Positions 11,734 to 24,502 are shown, counted from the stretch's first letter. The stretch is 64,000 nt of DNA from Gammaproteobacteria bacterium (GCA_965221695.1 OZ244905.1:1568001-1632000), one strand, 5' to 3'. The notes: a model not told the origin generated them from the sequence alone. Program-made: numbers and translations.

Positions 11734-13352
11734 TCTTCTCTATAACGGGAAGTGATCGGGTAACGCCGGTCGCGGCCAAAGGCTCGTTCGCTGATCCTGA
11801 CACCGGGCGCGGCCTGGCGGCGCTTGTATTCGTTTCTATCCACCATCCTGATCACCTGGTAGACGGTATCCCGGTCATAACCGTCAATGATGATCTCGCC
11901 CGGGGTCTGGTCTAGCTCAATATATTTTTCCAGTATCGGGTCGAGAACATCATAGCTCGGCAGGGAATCATCGTCTTTCTGGTCAAACCGCAATTCCGCG
12001 GAGGGCGGACGGTCGATGATCCGCTGCGGTATGATCTCACCATCCCGGTTGCGCCACCGGGACAGTTCGTACACCAGCATCTTGGGCACATCCTTAAGCG
12101 GGGCGAAGCCGCCTGCCATATCTCCGTACAGGGTTGCATAACCGACCGCAAGCTCACTCTTGTTGCCGGTAGTCAATACCAGTTTCCCGGTCTTGTTGGA
12201 AACCGCCATAAGTAGCAATCCCCGACAACGGGCCTGAATATTCTCCTCGGTGGTATCTTCAGGGAGATCCTTGAAAACCGGAGATAAAATCTCTGAAAAT
12301 GCGGCAACCGGTTTCTCAATGCTAATAATATGAGAAATAACCCCCAGCCGCGCCGTCATTCGCCGCGCGTCCTCTACGCTCATCTCCGCAGTGTAGCGTG
12401 ACGGCATCAGCAACGCTTCCACGTTCTCCGGACCCAGCGCATCCACAGCGACAGCAAGGGTCAGCGCCGAGTCGATACCGCCCGACAGACCGATGACCGC
12501 TCCCTTGAATCCGTTTTTTGATACATAATCCCTGACACCGAGCGTCAACGCACGGTATACGCTTTCGGTAAAACTCAGCGGAGCGGCTTGTGGCGATGCG
12601 GCTTTCATCTTGATGCAACCATGGACCCGTTCCAGATCCACCCGATACAACCCCTGCTCAAACTGCGGCGCTTTAAAGACGAATTCCCCTTTGCCGTCAA
12701 CGACCAGGGAACCACCGTCAAATACGAGTTCATCCTGGCCGCCGACCAGATTCACATAAATGATGGCGATCTGATGGTCCACGGCGCGCCGGCGCAGCAG
12801 TTCCTCGCGCAGCGTGGTCTTATCGGTATGGTACGGCGAGGCGTTAATATTGATCAGCAGTTCCGCCCCGGCCTCCGAGGCTTCCCGCGCGTGGCCTTCG
12901 CTCCACAGATCCTCACACACGCTCAGCGCCACCTTGCAGTCCGGCGTTTCAACCAGGTTCAGGCCTGTTCCCTCGGTAAAATAACGTTTTTCATCGAACA
13001 CCCCGTAATTGGGAAGGTTCTTCTTGCGGTAGGTAGTGACGAGCTTTCCGTCACGGATCAGGCTGCTAGCGTTATACAGGCGCTTCCCGTCCGCAAGCGG
13101 ATAGCCGAGGATAACATCAATATCCTGCGTTGCGCTGACTATTTGCCGCAGGGCCTGTTTCACCTGAACGTGCAAATGGGGGCGGAGCAACAGATCTTCC
13201 GGCGGATAGCCGGTGAGAGCAAGCTCCGGAAAAATAACGGTATCGGCGCCGGCGCTGTCCCTGGCCTTGGCAATGTATTCACAAATCTGTATTGCGTTGC
13301 CGTCTATATCTCCGACACACAGATTAATCTGCGCAATAGCGATTTTTTTCAC
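11730..13352 (-). CDS. nadE: Glutamine-dependent NAD+ synthetase
   Basis: Nitrilase domain ([27 protein letters not shown]) plus [22 protein letters not shown]. Confidence 0.96.
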   Translation of the reverse strand: MKKIAIAQINLCVGDIDGNAIQICEYIAKARDSAGADTVIFPELALTGYPPEDLLLRPHLHVQVKQALRQIVSATQDIDVILGYPLADGKRLYNASSLIRDGKLVTTYRKKNLPNYGVFDEKRYFTEGTGLNLVETPDCKVALSVCEDLWSEGHAREASEAGAELLININASPYHTDKTTLREELLRRRAVDHQIAIIYVNLVGGQDELVFDGGSLVVDGKGEFVFKAPQFEQGLYRVDLERVHGCIKMKAASPQAAPLSFTESVYRALTLGVRDYVSKNGFKGAVIGLSGGIDSALTLAVAVDALGPENVEALLMPSRYTAEMSVEDARRMTARLGVISHIISIEKPVAAFSEILSPVFKDLPEDTTEENIQARCRGLLLMAVSNKTGKLVLTTGNKSELAVGYATLYGDMAGGFAPLKDVPKMLVYELSRWRNRDGEIIPQRIIDRPPSAELRFDQKDDDSLPSYDVLDPILEKYIELDQTPGEIIIDGYDRDTVYQVIRMVDRNEYKRRQAAPGVRISERAFGRDRRYPITSRYRED

Positions 13353-14221
13353 TGCAATATTGCCGCAATGGCCTCTCCCAATGCGGCCGGCGACCTGACG
13401 GTCGTCACGCCTGCGGAGTCGAGCGCGGAGAACTTGTCCTGGGCAGCGCCCTTGCCACCCGAGATGATCGCGCCGGCATGGCCCATACGCCTTCCCGGCG
13501 GCGCAGTAATACCGGCGATGTAACCGACTACCGGTTTGCTGACATATTGTCCGATAAATTCCGCCGCTTCCTCTTCGGCGCTGCCGCCTATCTCGCCTAC
13601 CATGATGATTCCGCGGGTATCCGGGTCCTGCTCAAACAGCGTCAGGCAGTCAATAAAATTCATGCCCTGCACCGGGTCGCCGCCAATGCCGATGCAGGAG
13701 CTCTGACCCAGGCCGGCAAGAGTCGTCTGGCGTACCGCTTCATAAGTCAGCGTGCCGGAGCGAGAAACGATGCCGATGCAACCAGACTGGTGGATAGAGC
13801 CTGGCATAATGCCTATTTTGCATTCACCTGGCGTAATAATACCGGGGCAGTTAGGGCCGATCAGCCTAGCGTCCGAACACAAATCGATGCTGGCGCGTGC
13901 CTTGACCATGTCGATGATCGGGATGCCTTCGGTGATACAAATTATGAGTTTTATCCCTGCCTGCGCAGCTTCGGTAATAGCCTCGGCTGCAAACGCGGCC
14001 GGAACCATGATCATGCTGGCGTCTGCCTGGGTCTCCGCGACTGCCTCCTCCACCGTATCAAATACAGGCCGGTCGAGATGAGTCTGCCCGCCGCGCCCCG
14101 GAGTGACGCCGCCAACCACCTGCGTGCCGTATTCGATTGCCTGTTCGGCATGAAATGTGCCCTGACGTCCAGTGAAACCCTGGACAATCAGCTTGGTATT
14201 GTTACCCACTAAGACCGCCAT
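13349..14221 (-). CDS. sucD: Succinyl-CoA synthetase alpha subunit
   Basis: [24 protein letters not shown]. Confidence 0.97.
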   Translation of the reverse strand: MAVLVGNNTKLIVQGFTGRQGTFHAEQAIEYGTQVVGGVTPGRGGQTHLDRPVFDTVEEAVAETQADASMIMVPAAFAAEAITEAAQAGIKLIICITEGIPIIDMVKARASIDLCSDARLIGPNCPGIITPGECKIGIMPGSIHQSGCIGIVSRSGTLTYEAVRQTTLAGLGQSSCIGIGGDPVQGMNFIDCLTLFEQDPDTRGIIMVGEIGGSAEEEAAEFIGQYVSKPVVGYIAGITAPPGRRMGHAGAIISGGKGAAQDKFSALDSAGVTTVRSPAALGEAIAAILQ

Positions 14222-15390
14222 CAGTTTTCTCCCCGGCTGACCGCGACCACTTTGTGCGCGGCATCGCTCAGCCCATCAGCGGAAATGATCTGCAGGCCGC
14301 TTTCGTCAAGCAGCGTCTTGCCCTCCTCGACCCGAGTGCCTTCCAGCCGCACCACAACAGGAATTTCCAGTCCGGCCTCCCTGACCGCGCTGATAATGCC
14401 CTCTGCAATCAGGTCACAACGGACTATGCCGCCAAAGATATTGACCAGGATCGCCTTGACTTTGGCGTCGGACATGATCAGTTTGAACGCCTCGGCCACG
14501 CGTTCCGTTGTCGCTCCGCCCCCCACATCCAGGAAATTGGCGGGTTCGCCGCCATGCAGTTTGATGATGTCCATGGTTGCCATGGCCAGGCCGGCGCCGT
14601 TCACCATGCAGGCGATGTCGCCGTCCAGCGCGACATAATTCAGGTCGAACGCCTTGGCCTTATTCTCTCTTGCATCTTCCTGACTGGGGTCGCGCCAGCT
14701 CTCCAGCTCCGACTGGCGGTACAGCGCGTTTTCATCAACGCTGACCTTCGCATCCAGCGCTTCCAGGTCCCCGTCCCCGGTGATCACCAGGGGGTTGATT
14801 TCAACCAGGCTCAGGTCCTTGTCGACGAACAGCTGGTACAGCCCCGACAGGATTTTAGCCAGTTGTTTGCCCTGGGTACCGTTCAGACCCAGGGAAATGG
14901 CCAGGGCGCGGCATTGGTATTGCTGCAGGCCCATTACCGGATCGACGGCAAAAGTGAAAATCTTTTCGGGTTCGGTGGCCGCCACCTCTTCAATATCGAC
15001 CCCGCCGGCGGCAGACGCCATCACCGCAATGCGGCGCTTACTCCTGTCCACCAGCATACCCAGGTACAGTTCAGAGGCTATATCCGACAAGGCTGAAACC
15101 AGCACGCAATTTACCGGTTTGCCTTCGGCCCCGGACTGTTTCGTGACCAGGATTGTGCCCAGCAGGTTATTCACATAATCCTCCAGCTCGTCCTTGCCTT
15201 TGACCAGCCTGACGCCACCGGCCTTGCCCCGCCCCCCGGCATGCACCTGGGCTTTTACCACCCAACTGTTGCCACCCAGTTCCGCCGCGGCGTCCAACGC
15301 ATCCCCGACGGAATGGGCGGGTTTTCCTTCGGGCACGGGAATGCCGTATTCCGATAATAGAATTTTTGCCTGGTATTCATGCAGATTCAT
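14221..15390 (-). CDS. sucC: Succinyl-CoA synthetase beta subunit
   Basis: [34 protein letters not shown]. Confidence 0.97.
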   Translation of the reverse strand: MNLHEYQAKILLSEYGIPVPEGKPAHSVGDALDAAAELGGNSWVVKAQVHAGGRGKAGGVRLVKGKDELEDYVNNLLGTILVTKQSGAEGKPVNCVLVSALSDIASELYLGMLVDRSKRRIAVMASAAGGVDIEEVAATEPEKIFTFAVDPVMGLQQYQCRALAISLGLNGTQGKQLAKILSGLYQLFVDKDLSLVEINPLVITGDGDLEALDAKVSVDENALYRQSELESWRDPSQEDARENKAKAFDLNYVALDGDIACMVNGAGLAMATMDIIKLHGGEPANFLDVGGGATTERVAEAFKLIMSDAKVKAILVNIFGGIVRCDLIAEGIISAVREAGLEIPVVVRLEGTRVEEGKTLLDESGLQIISADGLSDAAHKVVAVSRGEN

Positions 15391-15511
15391 TTCCTGAATT
15401 CTCCTGGTGTATTAAAATTAAGGAAAGTCTGAACAAGTTCATTCTGGACCTGTCAGAGCACGTAAAACAAAATTGTCCGCGTTGGGTGAGCCGATCCGGT
15501 ATCCTGAAAAA

Positions 15512-15736
15512 ATGTTACGTCTGCTGTTCATTATCCTGCTGCTGGTGTTGCTGTTAGCCCTGGTCCGGCGCTTCCTGCCGGGAAAGCCGGACACGCCGGA
15601 CGAACCGGACGAACCGCGCATCGCCAAAATGGTCCGGTGCGATTATTGCCGGATATATATCCCACAGACTTCTGCGATAAAACATGCCGAGCGTTATTAT
15701 TGCTGTGACGAGCACAAATCAATGGGTTCAGAGTGA
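15512..15736 (+). CDS. PP0621-family small membrane protein with Zn-ribbon-like cysteines
   Basis: N-terminal TM, MVRCDYCRIYIP...YYCCDEH. Confidence 0.8.
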   Translation: MLRLLFIILLLVLLLALVRRFLPGKPDTPDEPDEPRIAKMVRCDYCRIYIPQTSAIKHAERYYCCDEHKSMGSE

Positions 15737-15795
15737 GCGGTTGACGGTTACTCTGACACCGGGACTTACCAGTCACCGCAGCGCAGCATAGTCTA

Positions 15796-16572
15796 TCACT
15801 GGTTTTGGATGATCTCCATCAACAAGTCGTGGATCGGAGGATTGCCCGCGACGATGTTGCCGGATTCCAACCGGGTTTCACCGCTGTCCAGGTCGGTGGC
15901 GTAGCCTCCCGCCTCCCTGATCAGCAACGCGCCGGCGGCAATATCCCATAATTCCAGGCCGTATTCCCAGAACCCGTCCAAGCGTCCGGCGGCGACATAG
16001 GCAAGGTCCAGCGATGCCGAGCCTGGCCGCCTGATGCCGGCCGTGACCTTGGTTAACTGCCTGAATGTATCGAGGTAGGTATCGAGACAATCCAGCGACC
16101 GAAACGGGAAACCGGTGCCGATCAAAGCCCCCTCCAGCGATTCCCTGTGGGAAACCCGGATACGCCGATCATCGAGGTACGCGCCATCGCCCCGGCTTGC
16201 GGTGAACAGCTCCTGGCGCAACGGGTCGTAAACTATGCCCTGGTCGAGAACGCCCTTGTGTTCCAGCGCGACCGAGACCGCAAACTGGGGGAAGCCATGC
16301 AGGTAATTCGTGGTACCGTCAAGCGGGTCGATAATCCAGCGGTAGTCACTGTCGCCCTGCGCGCCGCTCTCCTCGCCCAGAATGGCATGGTCGGGATAGG
16401 ATTTTAGCAAGGCATCGATGATGATTCGTTCAGCGCGCCGATCGACTTCACTGACATAATCATTGCGGCTTTTCTCAGCGACCGTGATACCCTGCATCCG
16501 GTCCATACACTGGATGATAAAATCGCCCGCAGAACGGACCGCGCGGATTCCCATATTCATCATAGGGTGCAT
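15796..16572 (-). CDS. suhB: Inositol monophosphatase SuhB
   Basis: WIIDPLDGTTNY, RRPGSASLDL, WDIAAG; divergent from trmJ. Confidence 0.95.
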   Translation of the reverse strand: MHPMMNMGIRAVRSAGDFIIQCMDRMQGITVAEKSRNDYVSEVDRRAERIIIDALLKSYPDHAILGEESGAQGDSDYRWIIDPLDGTTNYLHGFPQFAVSVALEHKGVLDQGIVYDPLRQELFTASRGDGAYLDDRRIRVSHRESLEGALIGTGFPFRSLDCLDTYLDTFRQLTKVTAGIRRPGSASLDLAYVAAGRLDGFWEYGLELWDIAAGALLIREAGGYATDLDSGETRLESGNIVAGNPPIHDLLMEIIQNQ

Positions 16573-16639
16573 TTTTTTCTCCTGTAGATATACTCCGTAT
16601 TCGTTTTGATCGTTCAACCCGGTCGGAGAAGCTTATTAT

Positions 16640-17374
16640 ATGCTGGAACAGGTAAAAATTGTCCTGGTAAATACGACCCACCCGGGAAATATCGGCGCCA
16701 GCGCCAGGGCCATGAAAACCATGGGATTGGATCAGCTTGCGCTGGTGTGCCCGCAGCGCTTTCCCAGCGCGGAGTGCACGGCCAGGGCCGCGGGTGCGGA
16801 CGACATTCTAGCCGGCGCGCAACAGTATTCAAGCCTGGAACAGGCGGTTTCGAACTGCGGACTGGTGTTCGGGACCAGCGCCCGCAGCAGGAGCATTGCC
16901 TGGCCGGAGGTTACGCCCGAAACTGCCGCAGCACAGATTTTCGAGCATACCGGCGCCGCGCCCGGCGCAAACGCGGCGGTGCTGTTCGGGCGCGAGAGTT
17001 CCGGCTTGACCAACGAAGAACTGGAAATCTGCCATGCAATGATCCGCATACCCACCAATGCGGAGTTTGCGTCGTTGAATATTGCTTCTGCGGTACAGAT
17101 CATCTGCTATGAAATCAGCAAACTAAGTCTTGCCCGAACAACGGATGATATTGTGGATGACGAGTCCAAATCTGCGGCTACAGTTGGCGAGATGGAACAC
17201 TTCTATGCGCATTTCGAGCAGACCCTGGTCGAGATCGGCTATCTTGACCCGGCACGACCGCGCCGCCTGATGCGCCGCTTGAGACGTTTATTCAATCGCT
17301 CCCGACCCGACAGCAATGAATATAATATCCTGCGCGGCATACTGACCGCGATACAGGAGAAAATTAAGAATTGA
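16640..17374 (+). CDS. trmJ: tRNA Cm32/Um32 methyltransferase TrmJ
   Basis: HPGNIGASARAMKTMG, FGRESSGLTNEEL, NILRGIL. Confidence 0.95.
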   Translation: MLEQVKIVLVNTTHPGNIGASARAMKTMGLDQLALVCPQRFPSAECTARAAGADDILAGAQQYSSLEQAVSNCGLVFGTSARSRSIAWPEVTPETAAAQIFEHTGAAPGANAAVLFGRESSGLTNEELEICHAMIRIPTNAEFASLNIASAVQIICYEISKLSLARTTDDIVDDESKSAATVGEMEHFYAHFEQTLVEIGYLDPARPRRLMRRLRRLFNRSRPDSNEYNILRGILTAIQEKIKN

Positions 17375-17425
17375 GAATTAGGGAATAAGAACTACAATAA
17401 CGAAAACCTTGAGGAGAAGTTGATT

Positions 17426-18889
17426 ATGTCAAATATGGGCATACGGGATGCCAGGCGGCCTGCGGCCGATGCGTTGCTGCAGGATATCGCCGATTATGTA
17501 CTGGGCGGCGCGGCCGCCAGTGAAGAGGCGCGCAGCGCCGCGTTCTACTGCCTGCTGGATACGCTGGCCTGCGGCATGCTGGCCTTGAAGTTTCCGGCCT
17601 GCACGAAACTGCTGGGACCGGTGGTGCCCGGAGCGGAAATGCCGGACGGCGCGCGGGTACCGGGCACGAATTACCGGCTGGACCCGGTGCAGGCGGCGTT
17701 CAACATCGGCGCGATGGTGCGCTGGCTGGACTTCAATGACACCTGGCTGGCCGCCGAATGGGGCCACCCGTCCGACAATCTCGGCGGCATTCTTGCGGTC
17801 GCCGACTATCTCAGCCGGAAAAATGCCGCTGCCGGCCAGGAACCGCTGACCGTTGCAAACCTGCTTGACGGCATGATCCGCGCCCATGAGATCCAGGGTG
17901 TGCTGGCCCTGAAGAACAGTTTCAACGGCGTTGGCCTGGACCATGTTCTGCTGGTGCGCATCGCCAGCGCCGCGGTGGCCACGGCAATGCTCGGCGGCGA
18001 TCGCGACCAGGTCATCAATGCCGTATCCAATGCCTGGATCGACGGCGGCGCATTGCGCACATACCGCCATGCGCCGAATACCGGCTCGAGAAAAAGTTGG
18101 GCGGCGGGCGACGCGACCAGCCGCGCCGTGCGCCATGCATTGATCGCGCTGACCGGCGAGATGGGTTACCCTTCCGCGCTGAGTGCAGAGCACTGGGGCT
18201 TCCAGGATGTGCTGTTCGGCGGCAACGAAGTTGTCGCCGAACGCCCCTTCGGCTGTTACGTGATGGAAAATGTGCTGTTCAAGATTTCATTTCCGGCGGA
18301 GTTCCATGCCCAAACCGCAGTGGAAGCGGCGCTGGCGCTGCACAGCCAGGTGCGGGACCGGCTGGATGACATCGATAAGGTGGTTATGGAAACCCAGGAA
18401 GCCGGGGTACGCATTATCGATAAGACCGGCCCGCTCGATAACCCGGCGGACCGCGACCATTGCATTCAGTACATGACCGCGATTCCACTGATCTTCGGAC
18501 GCTTGCGTGCCGAGGATTACGAGGATGACGTCGCTGCCGACCCGCGTATTGACGCACTCAGGGATCGGATGCAGGTGACGGAGAACCGGCAGTTCACCAC
18601 CGACTACCATGACCCCGACAAGCGCGCCATCGGCAACTCGGTTCAGGTATTTTTCCGGGACGGGTCAGCGACCGAGAGGGTCGTGGTCGAATACCCCGTC
18701 GGCCACCGGCGCCGGCGTAGCGAGGGTATTCCGCTGCTATTGGATAAATTCAACGACGCGGTGGCCGGTCACTTCTCTGCTGCCCGAAAAGACGCCATCC
18801 TGGCAGCCTGCGCCGACCGGCACGCGCTTGAGCAGATGCCTGTTAACGTCTTCTCGGACCTGTGGGCCGGCGGAGGAGAAGAAGCTTGA
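17426..18889 (+). CDS. prpD: 2-methylcitrate dehydratase PrpD
   Basis: [41 protein letters not shown]. Confidence 0.96.
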   Translation: MSNMGIRDARRPAADALLQDIADYVLGGAAASEEARSAAFYCLLDTLACGMLALKFPACTKLLGPVVPGAEMPDGARVPGTNYRLDPVQAAFNIGAMVRWLDFNDTWLAAEWGHPSDNLGGILAVADYLSRKNAAAGQEPLTVANLLDGMIRAHEIQGVLALKNSFNGVGLDHVLLVRIASAAVATAMLGGDRDQVINAVSNAWIDGGALRTYRHAPNTGSRKSWAAGDATSRAVRHALIALTGEMGYPSALSAEHWGFQDVLFGGNEVVAERPFGCYVMENVLFKISFPAEFHAQTAVEAALALHSQVRDRLDDIDKVVMETQEAGVRIIDKTGPLDNPADRDHCIQYMTAIPLIFGRLRAEDYEDDVAADPRIDALRDRMQVTENRQFTTDYHDPDKRAIGNSVQVFFRDGSATERVVVEYPVGHRRRRSEGIPLLLDKFNDAVAGHFSAARKDAILAACADRHALEQMPVNVFSDLWAGGGEEA

Positions 18890-21549
18890 CCGGCCGGCAG
18901 AACCGCGTTAAGAGTACGTACTACTTCGGCAACCAGTTGTCCGAGGGCAGCAGGAAAGACAGGAACCTGCTCGGCGGTAAAGGCGCGAACCTGGCCGAGA
19001 TGACCAGTATCGGCCTCCCCGTTCCGCCCGGGTTTACCATCACCACCACGACCTGCGCCGAGTATTACCAGAATGGGGGTAAGCTCCCGAAGGGGCTGCA
19101 AAGCAGCATCAAACTGAATATGAGCCGGCTTGAGAAGGAAACCGGCAAACGCTTCGGGGATGACGACAACCCCTTGTTGGTGTCCGTCAGGAGCGGCGCC
19201 GCGGTGAGCATGCCGGGGATGCTGGACACGATCCTGAACCTGGGCCTGACGGACCGGTCGGTCGCCGGTCTTGGCCGGCAGACGGACAACCGGCGCTTCG
19301 CACTGGACGCGTACCGGCGCTTGATCAATATGTTCGGCAACGTGGTCATGGGCATCGACCATGAACATTTCGAGGCAGTTTTCACCGATATCAAGCAACA
19401 GCACGGCGTCACCGAAGATGCCGACCTGAAGGAGGAGGGCCTGGAGAAGCTGATAGCCTGTTACAAGAACGTCTACCGGCAGCACGGTGGCGAGGAGTTC
19501 CCCCAGGCGCCGCATGAACAACTGGAGAAGGCCGTCGAGGCCGTATTCCGAAGCTGGAACACTCCGCGGGCGCAGGCCTATCGCAAGATAAACAACATCC
19601 GCGGACTGATTGGCACCGCGGCCAATATCCAGTCCATGGTATTCGGCAACATGGGCAATGATTCGGGCACGGGCGTTGCGTTCACCCGTGACCCCACCAC
19701 CGGCAAAAACGAGTTTTACGGCGAATTTCTGGTCAATGCCCAGGGTGAGGATGTGGTGGCAGGCATACGCACGCCGCAGCCGGTCGCCGGGATGAAAAAA
19801 TGGCGCCCGGAAATCTATGAGCAACTGCTGCGGGTGAAACAGCTCCTGGAGACCCACTATAAGGATATGCAGGATATCGAGTTCACTATCGAAAAAAGCG
19901 TGCTCTACATGCTGCAGACCCGTACCGGGAAACGCACCGGCGCGGCGGCGATAAAAATTGCGGTGGATATGGTCAAGGAGAACCTGATCAGCCGCAAAGA
20001 CGCGTTGTTGCGCGTGCCCGCGAATGACCTGAACCAGGTGTTGCTGCCCTCGTTCGACCAGAAGGCAAAACGGGAAGCGCTGACCACAGGGCTGCCGGCA
20101 TCCCCTGGGGCCGCGTCGGGTTATCCTGTGTTCACGGCCGACGAGGCGGTGGAAAAGAGTGAGAGTGGCTTGCCGGTGATACTCGTGCGGCGGGAAACCA
20201 GCCCCGAGGATATTCATGGCATGCATGTCGCGGAAGCCATCCTGACATCCACGGGCGGCTCCACCAGCCACGCCGCGGTGGTGGCCCGGGGCTGGGGCAA
20301 ATGCTGCGTGACCGGCGCCAGCGAACTGATCATCGACAACAAGCGCAAAACCCTGACCATCAGGGACAGGTTAATCACCCAAGAGGACATGATCAGTATC
20401 GACGGCAGTAACGGCGAAGTCATGCTGGGCAACGTACCCAAACAACCGCCGGTGTTCACGCCTGAATTCAAAACGATCATGACCTGGGCCGACGAAACAC
20501 GCAAACTGGTAATTCGAACCAATGCCGATACGCCGATGGATGCGGCCGCAGCGTTGGAGTTCGGCGCTGAAGGCATCGGGCTCTGCCGTACCGAGCACAT
20601 GTTCTTCGGCGAAGACCGCATTGCCGCAATGCGTGAAATGATCCTCGCCGATAATGAGGCCGCGCGGCGCAAAGCGTTGAAGAAACTGTTGCCGTTCCAG
20701 CGCCGAGACTTCGAAGGGATCTTCAGCGCGATGCGCGGCCTGCCGGTGACGATACGGTTGTTGGACCCGCCGCTGCATGAATTCCTTCCGGAAGACGTAA
20801 AACAGCAACGCCGGCTTGCGCGCAGCATGAAGGTCAGCGCCGAGAAGGTCATGCACCGGGTCAACCAGTTGCATGAGGTCAATCCGATGCTGGGCCACAG
20901 GGGGTGCCGATTGACAGTGACCTATCCGGAAATACTGGAGATGCAGGTAACCGCGATCGTCGAGGCGACGATAAACTGCCGGAGGAAACGTATCAACGCA
21001 AAGCCGGAGATTATGATCCCGCTGGTCGGACTCGAAAGTGAGCTGTCCATGCTCAGGGAAAAGGTGGACCAGGTTATCAGCGATGTAGTGCACAGGAAAA
21101 AGTTCACCGGCAAAATGGATATCCTCATAGGCACCATGATCGAGGTTCCCAGGGCCGCCATCACTGCGGACGCTATCGCGTTGCACGCCGATTTCTTCAG
21201 TTTCGGCACCAACGACCTGACCCAGATGACCCTGGGCTACAGCAGGGACGATATCGGTAGTTTCATGCCCGAATACCTGGAAAAGAACCTGTTGGAAGAA
21301 AACCCGTTCCAGAGCATTGACGTCACCGGCGTGGGCCAGCTCGTGGAACAGGCGGTACATCGGGGCAGGTCAGTCAAACGGGAACTGAAATGCGGCATCT
21401 GCGGCGAGCATGGAGGCGACCCGGAATCGATCAACTTTTTCCAGTCAGTGCAACTGGACTATATTTCCTGCTCACCGTTCCGAGTCCCCATCGCGCGCCT
21501 GGCCGCGGCCCAGGCCGCGCTGCGGAATCAACTGGAATTGTTCAGCTAG
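18886..21549 (+). CDS. ppdK: Pyruvate, phosphate dikinase
   Basis: [47 protein letters not shown]; probable TTG start overlapping the prpD TGA, preceded by GGAGG. Confidence 0.95.
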   Translation: MTGRQNRVKSTYYFGNQLSEGSRKDRNLLGGKGANLAEMTSIGLPVPPGFTITTTTCAEYYQNGGKLPKGLQSSIKLNMSRLEKETGKRFGDDDNPLLVSVRSGAAVSMPGMLDTILNLGLTDRSVAGLGRQTDNRRFALDAYRRLINMFGNVVMGIDHEHFEAVFTDIKQQHGVTEDADLKEEGLEKLIACYKNVYRQHGGEEFPQAPHEQLEKAVEAVFRSWNTPRAQAYRKINNIRGLIGTAANIQSMVFGNMGNDSGTGVAFTRDPTTGKNEFYGEFLVNAQGEDVVAGIRTPQPVAGMKKWRPEIYEQLLRVKQLLETHYKDMQDIEFTIEKSVLYMLQTRTGKRTGAAAIKIAVDMVKENLISRKDALLRVPANDLNQVLLPSFDQKAKREALTTGLPASPGAASGYPVFTADEAVEKSESGLPVILVRRETSPEDIHGMHVAEAILTSTGGSTSHAAVVARGWGKCCVTGASELIIDNKRKTLTIRDRLITQEDMISIDGSNGEVMLGNVPKQPPVFTPEFKTIMTWADETRKLVIRTNADTPMDAAAALEFGAEGIGLCRTEHMFFGEDRIAAMREMILADNEAARRKALKKLLPFQRRDFEGIFSAMRGLPVTIRLLDPPLHEFLPEDVKQQRRLARSMKVSAEKVMHRVNQLHEVNPMLGHRGCRLTVTYPEILEMQVTAIVEATINCRRKRINAKPEIMIPLVGLESELSMLREKVDQVISDVVHRKKFTGKMDILIGTMIEVPRAAITADAIALHADFFSFGTNDLTQMTLGYSRDDIGSFMPEYLEKNLLEENPFQSIDVTGVGQLVEQAVHRGRSVKRELKCGICGEHGGDPESINFFQSVQLDYISCSPFRVPIARLAAAQAALRNQLELFS

Positions 21550-21569
21550 GAACTTCTGATACATCAGGT

Positions 21570-21643
21570 TGGAGCGGGTGATGGGAATCGAACCCACGTT
21601 CTCAGCTTGGGAAGCTGATGTTCTGCCATTGAACTACACCCGC
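21570..21643 (-). tRNA. tRNA-Gly (CCC)
   Basis: Minus strand GCGGGTGTAGTTCAATGG...TCAGC-TTCCCAA-GCTGA...GGTTCGATTCCC...CGCTCCA. Confidence 0.96.
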
Positions 21644-21819
21644 ACAGGAATTTTTATATTAACATGGATGCACAGTATGGACAGGATTAACAATGTTTTT
21701 GCCACATGTTTTGCCACAGAGCACACAGAGGAATTATAGTTGTATAATTTAATGCGCAAATTATGCGGACACACTAATATCCTGTAAATCCTGTACATAC
21801 ATGTTAATTTATCAGGCTC

Positions 21820-22017
21820 ATGAATATAGTTGTTAATGGTGAACAAACTTCGCTGGCGGACGTGGCAACGGTATCCGACCTGATTGCCGCGCTGGACATT
21901 GAAGGCAACGTCGCGGTGGAGATAAACAGGGAGATAGTCTCCCGTAGTACCTTTGAGTACCATCAGCTTGCTGATGGCGATGAAATTGAGATAGTCACTG
22001 CAATCGGTGGTGGCTGA
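21820..22017 (+). CDS. thiS: Sulfur carrier ThiS
   Basis: 66 aa ending IGGG, upstream of thiG. Confidence 0.95.
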   Translation: MNIVVNGEQTSLADVATVSDLIAALDIEGNVAVEINREIVSRSTFEYHQLADGDEIEIVTAIGGG

Positions 22018-22027
22018 GGTAACCTGA

Positions 22028-22855
22028 TTGAATAACCCTGCATCCTCTGCGCTCTCCGTGGCTGAACAACCTGGCGAAGACACTTTCAACATTGCCGGTA
22101 AGGTCTACTCATCGCGCCTGCTGGTCGGCACGGGCAAATACAAGGACCTGGAGGAGACCGGCAAGGCCATTGCAACCAGCGGGGCGGAAATCGTCACGGT
22201 GGCGATCCGCCGCACTAATATCGGCCAGGCAAAAGACGAACCCAACCTGCTCGACTACGTCAGCCCGGATGAATACACCATTCTGCCCAACACCGCAGGC
22301 TGCTTCGACGCCGATTCGGCGCTGCGCACCTGCCGTCTGGCGCGCGAACTGCTCGGCGGCCAAGACCTGGTGAAACTGGAAGTGCTGGGAGATAAAAAGA
22401 CCCTGTTCCCGGATATCCCGGCAACCCTTGAGGCCGCAGAGATACTCGTAAAAGAAGATTTCAAGGTCATGGTGTACACCAACGATGACCCGATCATCGC
22501 GCTGCGCTTCGAGGAAATGGGCTGTATCGCGGTAATGCCGCTGGCCGCGCCCATCGGTTCCGGGCTGGGGATACGCAATCCTTACAATATTCGGACCATC
22601 GTTGAGAACGCCGGTGTGCCTATCCTGGTGGACGCAGGCGTCGGCACCGCTTCGGACGCGGCAATTGCGATGGAATTGGGCTGCGACGGCGTGCTGATGA
22701 ACACGGCCATCGCGGAAGCGAAAAATCCGGTACTCATGGCATCGGCAATGAAAAAAGCCGTGGAGGCGGGCCGGGAGGCCTACCTTGCCGGGCGCATGCC
22801 GAGACGGGCATACGCCAGCGCGTCATCGCCGATTGATGGAACTTTTTTCAGCTAA
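22028..22855 (+). CDS. thiG: Thiazole synthase ThiG (start uncertain)
   Basis: [38 protein letters not shown]. Confidence 0.96.
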   Translation: MNNPASSALSVAEQPGEDTFNIAGKVYSSRLLVGTGKYKDLEETGKAIATSGAEIVTVAIRRTNIGQAKDEPNLLDYVSPDEYTILPNTAGCFDADSALRTCRLARELLGGQDLVKLEVLGDKKTLFPDIPATLEAAEILVKEDFKVMVYTNDDPIIALRFEEMGCIAVMPLAAPIGSGLGIRNPYNIRTIVENAGVPILVDAGVGTASDAAIAMELGCDGVLMNTAIAEAKNPVLMASAMKKAVEAGREAYLAGRMPRRAYASASSPIDGTFFS

Positions 22856-22970
22856 CTCCTGGCGCCCGTCAACACGCCGCGGCAAAGGATATGCCGCCCT
22901 TCATCAAATACTGGAATGCGCCTGTCCGGGTATGCCTGAAATCAGCGCTTCTGCAAAGGAGTTATAAACC

Positions 22971-23651
22971 ATGTCCGGGAAACGCTCTGTCAGAAGTTAT
23001 GTATTGAGACAGGGTCGGCTGACAAAGGCGCAGGCCCGCGCTATCGACAAGCATTGGGCTGAATTTGGCGTCGACTACCGGGACGAAACCCTGGACCTTA
23101 ATGAATTGTTCGGACGGGATGCGCCTCGGATACTGGATATAGGCCCGGGCATGGGCGAGACAACCCTCGAACTGGCAAGCAGGAATCCCGAAAACGATTA
23201 CTTAGCGGTCGAGGTGCACCGCCCCGGTATCGGCCGCCTGCTATACGGTATAGCTGAACATCGACTGAGCAATATCCGGGTGATCAACCATGACGCGGTC
23301 GATGTGGTAAACCGGCAGTTACCAGAACATTCACTGACTTCCATCTACATCCATTTCCCGGATCCCTGGCCCAAGAAACGTCACCATAAACGGCGCCTGG
23401 CACAGCCGGGCTTCATCAACAGGCTGACGGCGCTGATGAAAAGCGAGGGGCAGTTATACCTAGCCACCGATTCTGAGGACCTGGCCGAACATATGCTGTT
23501 GGTATGTGACGCTGAACCCGGCCTGGTCAACCAGGCAGGACGCGGCAATTTCGCACCGCGGCCCCAATGGCGGCCACTAACAAAGTTCGAACAACGGGCA
23601 TTGGATTTGGACCACCAGGTACGGGAACTTATATATTGTCGGCGAACCTGA
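22971..23651 (+). CDS. trmB: tRNA m7G46 methyltransferase TrmB
   Basis: RSYVLRQGRLT, FPDPWPKKRHHKRR, TKFE. Confidence 0.95.
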   Translation: MSGKRSVRSYVLRQGRLTKAQARAIDKHWAEFGVDYRDETLDLNELFGRDAPRILDIGPGMGETTLELASRNPENDYLAVEVHRPGIGRLLYGIAEHRLSNIRVINHDAVDVVNRQLPEHSLTSIYIHFPDPWPKKRHHKRRLAQPGFINRLTALMKSEGQLYLATDSEDLAEHMLLVCDAEPGLVNQAGRGNFAPRPQWRPLTKFEQRALDLDHQVRELIYCRRT

Positions 23652-23674
23652 TAAGATGGACTTCAATTGCTGAC

Positions 23675-24466
23675 ATGTCAGATTTAACTCAAACCGCAAC
23701 AGACATCGCCAGGGAAGCCGCGGAGAAAATCATGGGGGTCTACGAGACGGATTTTGAGGTCCGGAGCAAGACCGACCGAACTCCACTCACCCAGGCCGAC
23801 ATGTCCTCTCACGATGTAATTTGCAGCAGACTGACGCGGCTCACGCCGGATATTCCCGTACTGTCGGAAGAATCCGCACATATTCCCTATTCAACAAGAA
23901 AAACCTGGAACCAATACTGGCTTGTCGACCCATTGGACGGCACCCGCGAGTTCATCAAGCGCAATGGCGAATTTACCGTGAACATTGCCTTGATCCGGAA
24001 CAATTATCCCGTGTTGGGCGTGATTTACGCGCCAGTGATGGACCTTTGCTATTACGCCGCACAAAACGAGGGCGCCTACAAGCAGGGCGATGGCGGCAAC
24101 GCAGACCTCAAACTCAAGGCAAAGACCAGCCATGCCGACGCGCTGGTCGTCGCCGGGAGCCGCTCCCATGGCAACAAAAGGCAACAAGCGTTCGTCAGCA
24201 AAATGGGCGACCAGGTTGAATACATTGCGATAGGCAGCTCCCTGAAATTCTGTCTCGTGGCCGAAGGCGTTGCTGACATCTACGCGCGCTTCGGACCTAC
24301 TTGCGAGTGGGACAGCGCCGCTGGCCAGTGCATCCTCGAAGAAGCAGGCGGCAGGGTAACCGACACCGATTTCACCCGCCTGCGCTACAACGCCAAGGAG
24401 TCCTTGCTCAATCCTGATTTCCTGGCCTTTGCTGATCCTGCATTCGAGTGGAAAAGCTGTTTGTGA
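23675..24466 (+). CDS. cysQ: 3'(2'),5'-bisphosphate nucleotidase CysQ
   Basis: WLVDPLDGTREFIKRNGEFTVNIALI, GSSLKFCLVAEG, EWDSAAG. Confidence 0.94.
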   Translation: MSDLTQTATDIAREAAEKIMGVYETDFEVRSKTDRTPLTQADMSSHDVICSRLTRLTPDIPVLSEESAHIPYSTRKTWNQYWLVDPLDGTREFIKRNGEFTVNIALIRNNYPVLGVIYAPVMDLCYYAAQNEGAYKQGDGGNADLKLKAKTSHADALVVAGSRSHGNKRQQAFVSKMGDQVEYIAIGSSLKFCLVAEGVADIYARFGPTCEWDSAAGQCILEEAGGRVTDTDFTRLRYNAKESLLNPDFLAFADPAFEWKSCL

Positions 24467-24502
24467 TTAGGATAAATCTTACGAATCTAACGGTCGTTTC
24501 CT

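Noticed and set aside
17361-17392. Short degenerate heptamer run (AATTAAG AATTGAG AATTAGG)
   Set aside because: Too short and low-complexity to interpret.
18769-20271. 500-aa antisense ORF and similar long shadow ORFs
   Set aside because: They lie opposite well-supported genes in GC-rich DNA and carry no recognisable motifs.
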